Source: a virus. From it: a stretch of DNA of 64,000 nucleotides. This document shows positions 39,402 to 49,283 of this stretch, one piece after another; positions within the stretch are counted from its first letter, which is position 1, and the number at the start of each line of letters is the position of its first letter. The position numbers and the translations under genes are program-made. The notes under the pieces were generated by a model. That model was not told where the DNA came from, did not search any database, and saw only the letters and a program-made list of their open reading frames with translations. The stretch is taken from positions 9,634 through 73,633 of the IMG/VR virus record IMGVR_UViG_3300043409_000680; one strand, given 5' to 3'.

Positions 39402-40537
39402 GTGATGCATACAGTGAGGCAAAGACAGACGCTACGTCGTCTAATGGAATTAACTCCATTGAAAAATTACTTAAGGCCAATGGCCTAACCCCTGAAGATG
39501 TAGGGAAGATTAGCAAGGTTAGCCTTTCTAATAACCCTGATGATACAAAAATTATTCTTTCTCCTAAGTGGAGTGAAGGACCAAAATGGCAACCTGTACA
39601 GCAGGCTGCACCTACAGTAGTTACCCCTAAAGAACGAACACCTGCACTTATATCAAGTGATTGGAAAGTTGCAGTAGCGCTTCCAGATCCTCAGATAGGA
39701 TATCGTCGCTATGAAGATGGTTCTTTAGATCCGTTTCACGATGAAGCAGCTATGGATGTGGCCCTACAAGTTGTAGGACTAGACCATGGCCACCCTCTTG
39801 CTCAGGTAATTAACCTCGGGGATTTCTTAGATCTCCCTATGTATGGTACTTACGAGCAAGAGGCTGTGTTTGCAATGACTGCACAGAAGGCCATTGACCG
39901 TGGACACTTGTTCCTTGCCCAGCAACGTGCTGAAGCTGGTGCAGATGCGCGTATTATCTTATTAGAGGGTAACCACGATAAGCGTCTGTCCCGTTTTATT
40001 AACACAAATGCAGCAGCAGCTTACGGCCTTAAAGTGGCTAATATGCCAGATTCATGGCCTGTAAACAGTTTGCAAAATTTATTACGTTGCGATGAACTAG
40101 GAGTTGAGTTTATTGATGGATATCCTGCAGCAGCACACTGGATTAACAAACGTCTTCGTGCTATGCACGGTGATCGTGCTAATAGCGCTGGTTCGACTGC
40201 TGCACAGTATGCAAATTCAAATCCAAATATATCCACACTTTTCGGCCATACACATCGCATGGAGCAACAGTCCAAGACTGTATTTGATCGTGACCAAGCA
40301 ATTAAGAGTGTGTCTTTTAGCCCGGGATGCCTCTGCAGAGTTGATGGGGCCGTACCCTCTGTTAAGGGCGGTGTGGATGTCAAGGGTCAAGCTTTACAGT
40401 ACTTTGAAAACTGGCAACAAGGAGTAAGTGTTATCTTCTTTAAAGACGGGGATGACGACAGCTTCCACTTTGACCAGGTACATATACATAAAGGTAAAAC
40501 TATGTACCGTGGACAAGAAATACAGGCTAAAATGTAG
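39392..40537 (+). CDS. calcineurin-like metallophosphoesterase
   Basis: PDPQ, GDFLD, GNHD, HG, GHTH. Confidence 0.88.
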   Translation: MSLGDAYSEAKTDATSSNGINSIEKLLKANGLTPEDVGKISKVSLSNNPDDTKIILSPKWSEGPKWQPVQQAAPTVVTPKERTPALISSDWKVAVALPDPQIGYRRYEDGSLDPFHDEAAMDVALQVVGLDHGHPLAQVINLGDFLDLPMYGTYEQEAVFAMTAQKAIDRGHLFLAQQRAEAGADARIILLEGNHDKRLSRFINTNAAAAYGLKVANMPDSWPVNSLQNLLRCDELGVEFIDGYPAAAHWINKRLRAMHGDRANSAGSTAAQYANSNPNISTLFGHTHRMEQQSKTVFDRDQAIKSVSFSPGCLCRVDGAVPSVKGGVDVKGQALQYFENWQQGVSVIFFKDGDDDSFHFDQVHIHKGKTMYRGQEIQAKM

Positions 40538-40553
40538 CGCATTTAGCAGTACG

Positions 40554-40599
40554 AAAAGTCCGGTGTAATGCATACTATGTGCATACGCCGGCTTTTTCA
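40554..40599 (+). terminator. intrinsic terminator
   Basis: CCGGTGTA-A-TGCA...TGCA-TACGCCGG followed by CTTTTT. Confidence 0.65.
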
Positions 40600-40620
40600 T
40601 TGTAAAGGACTATATGTACC

Positions 40621-40932
40621 GTGAATATCAATAATGTTTCTATGTGGGCTACAGCAATAAGTGGTTATTTATTTATAGTATTAACTTTCTTAGCTGGCGC
40701 TAGATGGGCATTTAAACACTATTTACAAAACATACTTCAAGACTTTAAAGAAGCTATTCTTCCTATACAAGAACTTAAACCAAATGGCGGTAATTCTTTA
40801 AATGATAGAATTAATAAACAAATTATTCCTATGCTAGATACGCTTATAGAAAAACAACAGACAATTGCTGTAGATCTAGCCACATTAGATGGTAAGTTTG
40901 AGCAGCACATAAGAGAGCATAACAAATCATGA
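40621..40932 (+). CDS. membrane protein of the lysis region
   Basis: N-terminal TM; ELKPNGGNSL.D motif; coiled coil. Confidence 0.7.
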   Translation: MNINNVSMWATAISGYLFIVLTFLAGARWAFKHYLQNILQDFKEAILPIQELKPNGGNSLNDRINKQIIPMLDTLIEKQQTIAVDLATLDGKFEQHIREHNKS

Positions 40933-41420
40933 GTGACGAAGCATACGTTCCACGCCCCGGTGATTTTGGTGTAGTAAAAACTGACGGCATTATTGGTAGA
41001 CTTATTCGTGTTGGTACAGCATCTAGATGGAATCATGCTTTTATTTATCTAGGTGATGGACTTATTGTAGAGGCTAATCCCACCGGAGTAGCTATCAGCT
41101 CTGTAAGTAAGTACCCTCAAATTGCTTGGAATCGCCACACAAATATACCAGCAAAGACTAGAGATAAGATTGTAGAAGCTGCTTATAAAGAAGTAGGTAA
41201 GCCATATGCTTTCTTAGATATCATCGTTATATTTCTTAGGATTATAGGATTAAGATTTATTCGTCCAAACACTTTTTGGAAGAAGCTTTCAGATATAAAT
41301 GGTTGGTTTTGCTCTGAACTCGTGTCGTATTGTTACAGAACCTCTGGAATACCTATTCTTAAAAAGAAAGATGATCTGGTTACCCCAGGAGATTTAGCTG
41401 AGTTTTTGGTTTATCAATGA
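40929..41420 (+). CDS. permuted NlpC/P60 (YiiX/YaeF-like) hydrolase
   Basis: PGD, WNHAFIY, IVEA, GKPY, FCSELV. Confidence 0.85.
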   Translation: MSDEAYVPRPGDFGVVKTDGIIGRLIRVGTASRWNHAFIYLGDGLIVEANPTGVAISSVSKYPQIAWNRHTNIPAKTRDKIVEAAYKEVGKPYAFLDIIVIFLRIIGLRFIRPNTFWKKLSDINGWFCSELVSYCYRTSGIPILKKKDDLVTPGDLAEFLVYQ

Positions 41421-42265
41421 GCAGCGCCGCGGAGGTACTTGAGGCCGCTCGTACTCAAATAGGAACCATAGAAGGTAAGAATAACGACAGTAAGTATGGC
41501 AAGTGGTATGGATTAAACCATGAACCTTATTGCGCTATGTTTGTTTCTTGGTGTTTTAATGAGGTTGGTATAGCTTCTATTGTGGCTGCACAAAGCAAAA
41601 AAGGTTTTGCTTCCTGTAGTGCGGGTTTGACTTGGTTTCAGAAAAAAGGACTTGTTGTAGATAAGTACAAAGCTCAACCAGGAGACATTGTATTTTTCCA
41701 GTTTGACAGAGATGCACAGCCTGACCATGTTGGCATTATAGAAAACGCCAGCAAAGATGGAATCACTACCATTGAAGGAAATACTTCTCCAGATCATTCA
41801 CTTGGATCCCAATCTAACGGTGGGGGCGTATATCGCCGTCATCGCTCTTATCTTCAAGTTATGGCTATAGTTCGACCTAAGTACCCTGTTGTGTCTAAAC
41901 CCTCATCTTCTTTACTGCAAAGTAAAAAACTAGCTGGTGGCGTAGCTGCAGTTACCGCTCTTGGTGGGGGTAGTGCAGCCACTCTCAATAATAATAGTAC
42001 AACAGATACAAAAGCCCCCACAGTAATTGCAGCACCCCAATTTCCAGGAGTATCAGCATTTAAAATAGGGTCTAAAAATGCAGCTGTACTAGCTGTAGAA
42101 ACTGCCCTTGCTAAAAAAGGTCTACTCCCAAAGAACTTAGCAGAGGGCGTGTACACTAAAGAAACCACAGCCGCAATTAAAAAATACCAGGCATCCCATT
42201 TGACTCTAGGTAAAGCTGATGGTATAATTGGTATTAAGACGTACCGTTCAATTACAAAGGGGTAG
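41417..42265 (+). CDS. endolysin, CHAP domain plus C-terminal peptidoglycan-binding domain
   Basis: YCAMFVSW, GDIVFF, HVGI, TIEGN; G.Y..ET.AAIKKYQ...DGIIG.KT. Confidence 0.9.
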   Translation: MSSAAEVLEAARTQIGTIEGKNNDSKYGKWYGLNHEPYCAMFVSWCFNEVGIASIVAAQSKKGFASCSAGLTWFQKKGLVVDKYKAQPGDIVFFQFDRDAQPDHVGIIENASKDGITTIEGNTSPDHSLGSQSNGGGVYRRHRSYLQVMAIVRPKYPVVSKPSSSLLQSKKLAGGVAAVTALGGGSAATLNNNSTTDTKAPTVIAAPQFPGVSAFKIGSKNAAVLAVETALAKKGLLPKNLAEGVYTKETTAAIKKYQASHLTLGKADGIIGIKTYRSITKG

Positions 42266-42269
42266 ATAA

Positions 42270-42500
42270 ATGGGAGTAAAGTTAAACTTAACTAACCCAG
42301 TATCTATGGGAATTGCGGGGAGTGCTGGAATGACTACCTGGGCAGCTATGGGTTACCCAACAGATCCAAAACAACTAATAGCAGTAGCAACCACTGTGCT
42401 TGCTGGTTCAGCCCAGACTACTAGTTACTCTTCAAAGCCAAACGTCTCAGCGGATTCACATATTGTGACTCCATACGTAAACAACATCGAAAGCGAGTAA
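42270..42500 (+). CDS. holin-like small membrane protein
   Basis: Hydrophobic; follows the endolysin. Confidence 0.5.
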   Translation: MGVKLNLTNPVSMGIAGSAGMTTWAAMGYPTDPKQLIAVATTVLAGSAQTTSYSSKPNVSADSHIVTPYVNNIESE

Positions 42501-42503
42501 TAC

Positions 42504-42680
42504 ATGAACGCAAAGACAAAAACACTAGTAGAATACTATCTAATTGCCGTTGCAGCAGCCGGCGTAGCTATTTATCAGGGCGGAAACCACGATGTAAAAC
42601 AGGTCGCATGGGCAGCTGTTATTGGTGTACTTGGTCCAGTTGCTAAAGCAGCTTGGGATAAAGTCAAACCATCAAAGTAA
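42504..42680 (+). CDS. holin-like two-TM protein (not in ORF track)
   Basis: YYLIAVAAAGVAIY...VAWAAVIGVLGPV. Confidence 0.6.
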   Translation: MNAKTKTLVEYYLIAVAAAGVAIYQGGNHDVKQVAWAAVIGVLGPVAKAAWDKVKPSK

Positions 42681-42693
42681 GTATTTAACACCA

Positions 42694-42725
42694 AGGCCCC
42701 GGGGATTACACCTCGGGGTTTTGTT
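42694..42725 (+). terminator. intrinsic terminator
   Basis: GGCCCCGGGG-ATTACA-CCTCGGGGTT followed by TTG TT. Confidence 0.8.
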
Positions 42726-42761
42726 ATTTGCGGTATGATAGGAAGGGTCTAAGGAGTATAT

Positions 42762-43307
42762 ATGGCACAGTCGCATCAAAACTGGCAGTATCTCGGTGCT
42801 AGCGGTTATATTGGAGCGTACACTACAACAGGTGGTGGCGGTACTCCTGTCGTACCACGAAGTGGTATGGACTTCATCCGTATGGGTGTTGGTCGTGCTC
42901 CGCAAGCAGAGTATCCAGATGGCTACCTAGGAACTATTCGTTCACGTCGTGACGATAAGGGTAAACCTTATGCTATGTCCGACACAGTATTAGACTCACT
43001 AAAGAATCGCCAGAACCAGCGGGCGTATCAACGTGGAGTTCACAAAGGTGAGCGCATTGATCCAGGTTCATATATGTGGCCAGAAGGTCTAGAACCAGAT
43101 CGTCGCTTAAACCCAAAGAAATATAAATTTGAAGACAATGACGGTGGAATTACTATGGTGACTGCACGCTATGCTCCAGAAGCTAAATTAGCTCCTCCTC
43201 CACATCTTGTTAATGATGGTAAAGCAAACATTTCTGCTAACGTACCAGCAGAATTTAATCCTCGCACAGCACAGTACTTTACACACTTAAAACCACGGTG
43301 GAAGTAA
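42762..43307 (+). CDS. hypothetical protein
   Basis: SD TAAGGAG; AEYPDGYLGTI, YQRGVHKGERID. Confidence 0.7.
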   Translation: MAQSHQNWQYLGASGYIGAYTTTGGGGTPVVPRSGMDFIRMGVGRAPQAEYPDGYLGTIRSRRDDKGKPYAMSDTVLDSLKNRQNQRAYQRGVHKGERIDPGSYMWPEGLEPDRRLNPKKYKFEDNDGGITMVTARYAPEAKLAPPPHLVNDGKANISANVPAEFNPRTAQYFTHLKPRWK

Positions 43308-43951
43308 TGGCTCGTATATCTAACAGAGCAGTAACTGGGTTTTCTACACCCGACAATCCAGTAACTGGCCCAAGACATGGTAGACCCGTAAACTTTACTA
43401 TTGATAGTGAAAAAGCTCCGCCTCCCGTAGATGATGAAGGCATAGAAATGCTTAGCAATCATGAAGTTGGTGAAATATTTGGCTGGAATAATCATAATTC
43501 AAAACGTATTAGTTATAATAAACCTATAAAACAGTATAAAGTTTACCCTACTAAAGAAAAAATTGAAAATTCAGAAAACACTGGACAAGGTGCACGTACT
43601 TGGTTTAGCTTATCTCATGTTGTAGAACATTTAGAGGACGCAGCAAAAGATGACCCTAAATGGAAAGGCGCACATACTTTTCATTCAAACAGGCTAAAAC
43701 AAGCTCGCAAAATAGAAAAAACTCGCATTAAAAATGGCGGGGAAGTTTTTAATACTACTAATCAACCGCACCCAGCTAATAAAGTTAAAGGTATCTTTGG
43801 GCCTGATATCCGTAAATGGACTGAACAACGTGTAGGTATGACTAAGGGGCAATATGCGCCTTCAACAGAAAATGATTTAAGTTCAAATTTAGATAACCCC
43901 TATAACAATGGATTATTTACTTCAGTAGAAGACAGAGGAAACCCATCATGA
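43307..43951 (+). CDS. hypothetical protein
   Basis: TAATG-coupled ORF. Confidence 0.6.
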   Translation: MARISNRAVTGFSTPDNPVTGPRHGRPVNFTIDSEKAPPPVDDEGIEMLSNHEVGEIFGWNNHNSKRISYNKPIKQYKVYPTKEKIENSENTGQGARTWFSLSHVVEHLEDAAKDDPKWKGAHTFHSNRLKQARKIEKTRIKNGGEVFNTTNQPHPANKVKGIFGPDIRKWTEQRVGMTKGQYAPSTENDLSSNLDNPYNNGLFTSVEDRGNPS

Positions 43952-44304
43952 TGAACCAAGACAGCGTTTATGATCATAGCAAAGGTCGTGCCATAGTTGG
44001 AGATGAGCCAGAACCAAATCTTCTCCGGTATGACTTCATGGGTCCATTTGCTAACATTCAAGAGGCAAACATGGCCAGAGCCCTTAAATCTGTTACTATG
44101 CCAGCACAGCTGCTTCCAGACTTAGTACGACCACCCCTTCCTAACTTAGTTTTGTTTCCACCACGTTTTGGGTATCGTACTCGTGAATTAGGAATCCTAG
44201 ATGTAATGGATGTTAATGAAGAGTTCCAGCCAACCCGTGTAGACTTTACACGTGAACCCGGCGGTTACCAGGGAACTGTTAGAAATGGATCCCTAGGAGT
44301 ATAA
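43948..44304 (+). CDS. hypothetical protein
   Basis: ATGA-coupled ORF. Confidence 0.6.
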   Translation: MMNQDSVYDHSKGRAIVGDEPEPNLLRYDFMGPFANIQEANMARALKSVTMPAQLLPDLVRPPLPNLVLFPPRFGYRTRELGILDVMDVNEEFQPTRVDFTREPGGYQGTVRNGSLGV

Positions 44305-44474
44305 TGAAAGAAGAGATTTCTACTGAGACTATCTATGAGGGTAGTGTTCAATGCCCTAAATGCGACCGGATTATGACCCCTCTAGAGGTTATGTACGCTG
44401 GTGGTAAACTATGTCCAGACTGTAGAAATCGCCAGTATGAATACCACACAAAGAATAAGATGGTAAATGACTAA
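44304..44474 (+). CDS. small zinc-finger protein (not in ORF track)
   Basis: CPKC...CPDC; SD AGGAG; TAATG coupling. Confidence 0.65.
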   Translation: MKEEISTETIYEGSVQCPKCDRIMTPLEVMYAGGKLCPDCRNRQYEYHTKNKMVND

Positions 44475-44787
44475 GCCCGTTACTAGTCGGGGAAGATCCC
44501 CTAGGCCTAAGAAAGTTCCTAGTCCTAAAGTATCCAAACCAAATACTAGTGCTTCTAGAAGTCAGGCTCATGAGACTTCACACGTTAAAAAAGAGTTCCA
44601 TAGCTCAGATAACTGGAAAAAAGTAGTTCGGGATGCCCCATGGGTCGGTGGACAATCCTCTGATTTAAACCCAGGCAGTACTGGAGCAATAGGTCGCAGA
44701 AAGAATAGCTCTAAGTTTAAAGCAAGGGGCAAAAAAGTAATTCGCCCTAGAATACAAAAACACCGCAAACAGACAGACAAGAAATAA
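44467..44787 (+). CDS. highly basic hypothetical protein
   Basis: Lys/Arg/Ser-rich. Confidence 0.55.
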   Translation: MTKPVTSRGRSPRPKKVPSPKVSKPNTSASRSQAHETSHVKKEFHSSDNWKKVVRDAPWVGGQSSDLNPGSTGAIGRRKNSSKFKARGKKVIRPRIQKHRKQTDKK

Positions 44788-44808
44788 AAATAGGGGGATA
44801 CTTACACC

Positions 44809-44985
44809 ATGGCTACTCATAGAATCATGACCCCAGACGGCAAGAAAGCCGACGGAGTTATTGTTAAGAAGGCTGTAGCTAAGACTTCTGAGCAGAAGAT
44901 TAGACAGAAGATTAGAGAAGAGTTAAAGGCAAAAGCAGATGCTAAGCCTAAGGCAAAAAAACTACCAGGAAAGAAGAAAAAATAA
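44809..44985 (+). CDS. Lys-rich small protein (not in ORF track)
   Basis: MATHRIMTPDGKK...; internal CAGAAGATTAGA duplication. Confidence 0.6.
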   Translation: MATHRIMTPDGKKADGVIVKKAVAKTSEQKIRQKIREELKAKADAKPKAKKLPGKKKK

Positions 44986-45245
44986 TGGGACTATTAAGTT
45001 TTGTTCGTAACCGTAAGGCGGTAGTTGCTTCACGTGCTACAACGTCGGGAATACCTGATAATTGGGACGAGCCCTATGTTCACCCAACAGGGCCTAGCAA
45101 TAAAGAATTAATGGCAGCTAAAGATGCAAAAACAGCTGCAAAAAATGAAGCAAATAACACACCGAGGAAACCAGTAACTTTTTCACAACCAGATATGACA
45201 AATGACCCACACAAGTATCGTTTAACAAGTTATGGTGATGATTAA
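44985..45245 (+). CDS. hypothetical protein, paralog family A
   Basis: MGLLSFVRNRKAVVASRA. Confidence 0.65.
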   Translation: MGLLSFVRNRKAVVASRATTSGIPDNWDEPYVHPTGPSNKELMAAKDAKTAAKNEANNTPRKPVTFSQPDMTNDPHKYRLTSYGDD

Positions 45246-45246
45246 C

Positions 45247-45543
45247 ATGGGACTAGGTAGTTTTGTACGTTCTCGTAAAGCTGTAAAAGCTTCACGCGCT
45301 TCTTTAAATGGTATTGCTGGTCATCAAGCTGCTATGAAAGCATTAGGTAACCAGATGTCTAGAAAAAGCCGTGATCGCATGAGCTCAGAAAATATTGCAA
45401 AACGAAGTGTTCAGATTGACTCAGATAATGCTTCTCGTAACATTAAACCTATTACAGTAGATAACAGCCCAGAGTCAAAAATAAGAGTAACTCACTCTAT
45501 AGATAACCTAGCAGCAAAGTATGCGGAAGAAGGACCACTATAA
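45247..45543 (+). CDS. hypothetical protein, paralog family A
   Basis: MGLGSFVRSRKAVKASRA. Confidence 0.65.
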   Translation: MGLGSFVRSRKAVKASRASLNGIAGHQAAMKALGNQMSRKSRDRMSSENIAKRSVQIDSDNASRNIKPITVDNSPESKIRVTHSIDNLAAKYAEEGPL

Positions 45544-45824
45544 TGGCAACTAACGAATCACGTTCTCTTAATGAGAGCCTATCAGAGGGATCAACAGACG
45601 GTAAGTACCGTAAAGTTGCTCCTAACCGTACTGTAGATCCAGGCATGGGTGATGAAATCACTACAGCTAACCGCCGTGGTCTACACCCATATTGGAACTA
45701 TGATTTTATTGATCAAGAAGCTCCTATTAAGGTAGAGCCAGGTAAGATGGACGCTCCTTCAAAGAAGCGCTCTCCTATGCCTGTAGCTGATATCTCTAAC
45801 AATCAGATGCTTGGTACATACTAG
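45543..45824 (+). CDS. hypothetical protein
   Basis: TAATG-coupled; SRSL..SL.EGSTDGKYRK. Confidence 0.65.
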   Translation: MATNESRSLNESLSEGSTDGKYRKVAPNRTVDPGMGDEITTANRRGLHPYWNYDFIDQEAPIKVEPGKMDAPSKKRSPMPVADISNNQMLGTY

Positions 45825-45828
45825 TACT

Positions 45829-46020
45829 ATGGGAAACTATGTATACAACAGAAACAAAAGTCGTAGAACTTTTGGCCGTAATCCTCAAGAAATAGGGGAT
45901 GCTGTAACGGCTTCTGGTATACCTGATGATGTAAGCTCCCCTAATGTTAAACCACTCAGAGATACTGCTGAGTTAAGAAAAATTGCTGCTGATTTAAAAG
46001 ACCCTAAAAGGAAAAAATAA
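45829..46020 (+). CDS. small basic hypothetical protein
   Basis: Shares SGIPD with 44985-45245. Confidence 0.55.
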   Translation: MGNYVYNRNKSRRTFGRNPQEIGDAVTASGIPDDVSSPNVKPLRDTAELRKIAADLKDPKRKK

Positions 46021-46021
46021 C

Positions 46022-46402
46022 ATGGCTAAAAAGTCTGCTAAAATGATTATGCAACAAAGAAAGAACTTTGCTGTCGCAAAATCTAAATTAGTAGACACAG
46101 TAAAAAAGAATTACATAGACCCTGTTAGGCGTGACCCCAACACTCCTAAAGAACCTAGAGCTAAGTTTGGCTCATGGGAAGGTAGAACATCTACTTTTTT
46201 TGGTCTTTCTCCAAGTCAAAATGAAAATAGAGAAATACAGCCAGTACAAGGCGCACTAGATAACCATATACAAAATGCACAGGCCAATGCACCTGAATCT
46301 TTGGGGTTAAAGAGGGTCAATCATTTTAATACAGGTGGTTCTGAGCATCTAGCTACTGTTACTGACATAGGTCCAGATAGCGCAATTCGAAACCGTAAGT
46401 AA
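46022..46402 (+). CDS. basic hypothetical protein
   Basis: Tightly packed ORF. Confidence 0.6.
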   Translation: MAKKSAKMIMQQRKNFAVAKSKLVDTVKKNYIDPVRRDPNTPKEPRAKFGSWEGRTSTFFGLSPSQNENREIQPVQGALDNHIQNAQANAPESLGLKRVNHFNTGGSEHLATVTDIGPDSAIRNRK

Positions 46403-46409
46403 TAGTATA

Positions 46410-47297
46410 ATGGCATCTACAGATAAACCCAATCCTGGTAGAGGTGTAGATAAAAAACCTGTTCTCGTAGAGCGTGGGCACGTTGTACCTGTTGCTCCCT
46501 ATGATCAAACTAATCCAAATACCTCAGGTCCTGCATACTCTCCTGTAACAGGGGATAGGGCAGAAAACCAAGAGTGGATCAATACCCCACTTAGATGTGA
46601 TCATGGTGCTCCCCATAAAACAACTCCTATTTACCGTGTATCTCAAACAGGTAAAGAAAAACCTCAAAATCTTTGTGGATTTCATTATGAAAGAGCAAAG
46701 AACAACGGGCTAATTGACTCTAGTAGACCACCAATAGAACTGACTAATGACCCTGAGCACATTAAAAGTATTAACCTTGAAGATTATCAGATTAAGTTAG
46801 GACAAAAAAATAGAGACGCCGCAATAGTTTTTGAAAACACAGGTTTACTAAGAAATGTTAGAACTGTTGGACGTCCTGCCACCCCCTCTTCAGATACACA
46901 AGCAGCCTTAGATAGAGCAAATACTGGCGGAGGACATTTACCTAAAGACCACGAAGAAATTTTAAGTAAGGCATATACTGCATTGTTACACTCTAAGAAA
47001 GAAAATGATGACGTACCACACTATCCTACTTACGCCAAGAAAGCATTAAGTTTAGGGGTACACCCTTCTCATGTATCTAAATACTTTGATTATGCTGTCG
47101 CTTACCATAAAAAATTAACCGGGGAATCTGCTGTACCCCCAGTTAGCCGTGAAATAAAGATCCGTAAAGCCCAACTTGACTTTGCTAGTAGCGATTCTCC
47201 AGTTGAATCAACAGAGACACTTATGCAGTCTGATATCCCGGCAGCCGTAGATGAACAAGGTAACTCAAGTAGATCCCCTAAACCTCGCTACGATTAG
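46410..47297 (+). CDS. hypothetical protein
   Basis: Long ORF, Pro-rich, CDH...CGFH. Confidence 0.65.
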   Translation: MASTDKPNPGRGVDKKPVLVERGHVVPVAPYDQTNPNTSGPAYSPVTGDRAENQEWINTPLRCDHGAPHKTTPIYRVSQTGKEKPQNLCGFHYERAKNNGLIDSSRPPIELTNDPEHIKSINLEDYQIKLGQKNRDAAIVFENTGLLRNVRTVGRPATPSSDTQAALDRANTGGGHLPKDHEEILSKAYTALLHSKKENDDVPHYPTYAKKALSLGVHPSHVSKYFDYAVAYHKKLTGESAVPPVSREIKIRKAQLDFASSDSPVESTETLMQSDIPAAVDEQGNSSRSPKPRYD

Positions 47298-47353
47298 CAT
47301 TTCTAGTCAAAATATAGTATAATAGGAACATAACGTATTAGGAGGAGCACTCT

Positions 47354-47935
47354 ATGGCCGTCCCTATTTTGGGTGGAAGTTCGCAACCAGCGGATGAAGG
47401 AACATACACAGAGATCAAGGACGATGGTCCTAAGATTCGTCTGCTGTATTGCTATAACTGTAAGAGCATTGAAGAACTGCCTGATTATGAAGGCCACCCA
47501 GATGATGATGTAACCCTACAAGTATTAATTGATCGCCACGAATCTGCCGGTATTCCACATAACGGATTCCTATCTAAAGTGGGAGTTAAGTTATACTCAC
47601 GCCCTGAAGTTAAGAAACAGATTGTAGAAAACCTACGCAATAAAGTAGGTGGAGGTCTTGCTGATATTGACCCAGACTACTACACTACTAAAGCTACATT
47701 CTACGATGATGCAATGAAGTGCTTTAACCTTCATCTACGTCCTGTAGAGGGCTGTTATGATTGGAAGAGCGAAACAAAGCGCCTAGTTCCAAAGAGCACA
47801 GCAGAGGCACGTAAAGAATTAGGTCTAGAATCAGCAGCAAAGTCCGGCGGTACAAAAGTGTACCTCTGCGATTTTTGTCCTGCTAAAACTTATGTAGTTG
47901 AACAAAACCGTAAAAAACTCGGACTATACGAATAG
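47354..47935 (+). CDS. Cys/His zinc-binding hypothetical protein
   Basis: SD AGGAGG; CYNC, YLCDFCP; upstream TAGCAT-17-TATAAT. Confidence 0.7.
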   Translation: MAVPILGGSSQPADEGTYTEIKDDGPKIRLLYCYNCKSIEELPDYEGHPDDDVTLQVLIDRHESAGIPHNGFLSKVGVKLYSRPEVKKQIVENLRNKVGGGLADIDPDYYTTKATFYDDAMKCFNLHLRPVEGCYDWKSETKRLVPKSTAEARKELGLESAAKSGGTKVYLCDFCPAKTYVVEQNRKKLGLYE

Positions 47936-47943
47936 GATATAAA

Positions 47944-48210
47944 ATGACAGAAGAAACAACCACAGATACTCCAGTAGATGCAACAAACCTACCAGTTCTT
48001 AAGTATGGTTTTGCCGTACTAGTAGATGAAGATGCAAATGTTTTCATTGAAAAGAACCCATCAGTATTCTCAATTCCAGTAGAGCGTGAATCTACATTAG
48101 TAGAGGTTCGCCGCTATATGTCAGAAATCCTTATGGATCTTCAGGCACAAGCCGCTGCAGAATACACAGTTCTACGACTAAATGCAAGTAAAGAAGAGAC
48201 AGCCTCTTAA
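47944..48210 (+). CDS. hypothetical protein
   Basis: Clean ORF. Confidence 0.65.
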   Translation: MTEETTTDTPVDATNLPVLKYGFAVLVDEDANVFIEKNPSVFSIPVERESTLVEVRRYMSEILMDLQAQAAAEYTVLRLNASKEETAS

Positions 48211-48265
48211 TATTCATATCCACCAAGCCGAGACGTAATGACGATTGAGATGGAAGAATACGGGT

Positions 48266-49180
48266 ATGGAATACGCAGAGTTTGGAAAGGCCCCGGAGAT
48301 TACTCCTGGGGCAACGTCCTACTTCAGCGCACCTTCATCTGAACTAGACCCCACATTATTCCAAGACCAGGAGTTAAGGCCGTGGGTACGCACAGGCGTG
48401 CTCTCTATGCTCTTTGCCTATCTGGCTACTAGATTTTCTAACCCACACCAGTGGACACACGTCTGGTTAGCTGGATCTGGAATCTCATATCAATGGGAAG
48501 CTCAACGTTCTCCAGGAGACTTAGACTGCTTAGTTGGTATTGAGTATGTTAAGTTTCGTCAAAGTAACCCAGAATATGTTGGTTACTCCAATGTTGAAAT
48601 TTCTAAAGAACTCAATGAAGGATTTAATGCTGAGCTTATGCCTAAAACCCGTAACTGGGAAGGCTATGAGCTTACATACTATGTAAATACACAGAGTGAT
48701 ATAAGAGATATCAATCCGTATGCAGCTTATGATCTAACGGCTGATGTTTGGACTGTAAAACCAGATATGAATCCGCAACCTCCTTACAGCAGAGCATGGG
48801 AACATCGCACGCAACGTGATCATGACATGGCTGTAGATATGTTGGGTAAGTATAACTCTGCTATTGATGAGATTAGAAGTACAAATAACCCTGCTTACCG
48901 CACTAATGCTGAGCGAAAGCTTAAATTAGCAATGGAGCAGGCAGTTGCTTTCTATGATGATATTCATGCAGCACGGCACATTGCATTCAGTAGTACAGGA
49001 TCCGGGTATTCAGATTATAACAACTATCGTTGGCAAGCTGGAAAACGTTCTGGGGCAATACAGGCACTAAGATCTCTCAAAGATCTTAAGACTAATGCAG
49101 AGCGTGTTAACCAGGTACAGACATATGGTGTAGAATTACCGGACGCATCAACTTTGATTAGGAGAACGCTACGTGGGTAG
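48266..49180 (+). CDS. Pol-beta-superfamily nucleotidyltransferase-like protein
   Basis: WLAGSGISYQW...GDLDC (GS...DxD), ELTYYV, AYD. Confidence 0.7.
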   Translation: MEYAEFGKAPEITPGATSYFSAPSSELDPTLFQDQELRPWVRTGVLSMLFAYLATRFSNPHQWTHVWLAGSGISYQWEAQRSPGDLDCLVGIEYVKFRQSNPEYVGYSNVEISKELNEGFNAELMPKTRNWEGYELTYYVNTQSDIRDINPYAAYDLTADVWTVKPDMNPQPPYSRAWEHRTQRDHDMAVDMLGKYNSAIDEIRSTNNPAYRTNAERKLKLAMEQAVAFYDDIHAARHIAFSSTGSGYSDYNNYRWQAGKRSGAIQALRSLKDLKTNAERVNQVQTYGVELPDASTLIRRTLRG

Positions 49181-49283
49181 TACTGTTTTTTGTAGAAAGT
49201 GTGGGCATGAGTTAGATCATGGAACATGTGTTTCAAATATTTGTAAATGTATTTGTGAAAAAGTAGGTACACCGGAGGATTAA
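49173..49283 (+). CDS. Cys-rich micro-protein (not in ORF track)
   Basis: SD AGGAG; GTG start; CRKCGH...C...CKC.C. Confidence 0.45.
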   Translation: MGSTVFCRKCGHELDHGTCVSNICKCICEKVGTPED

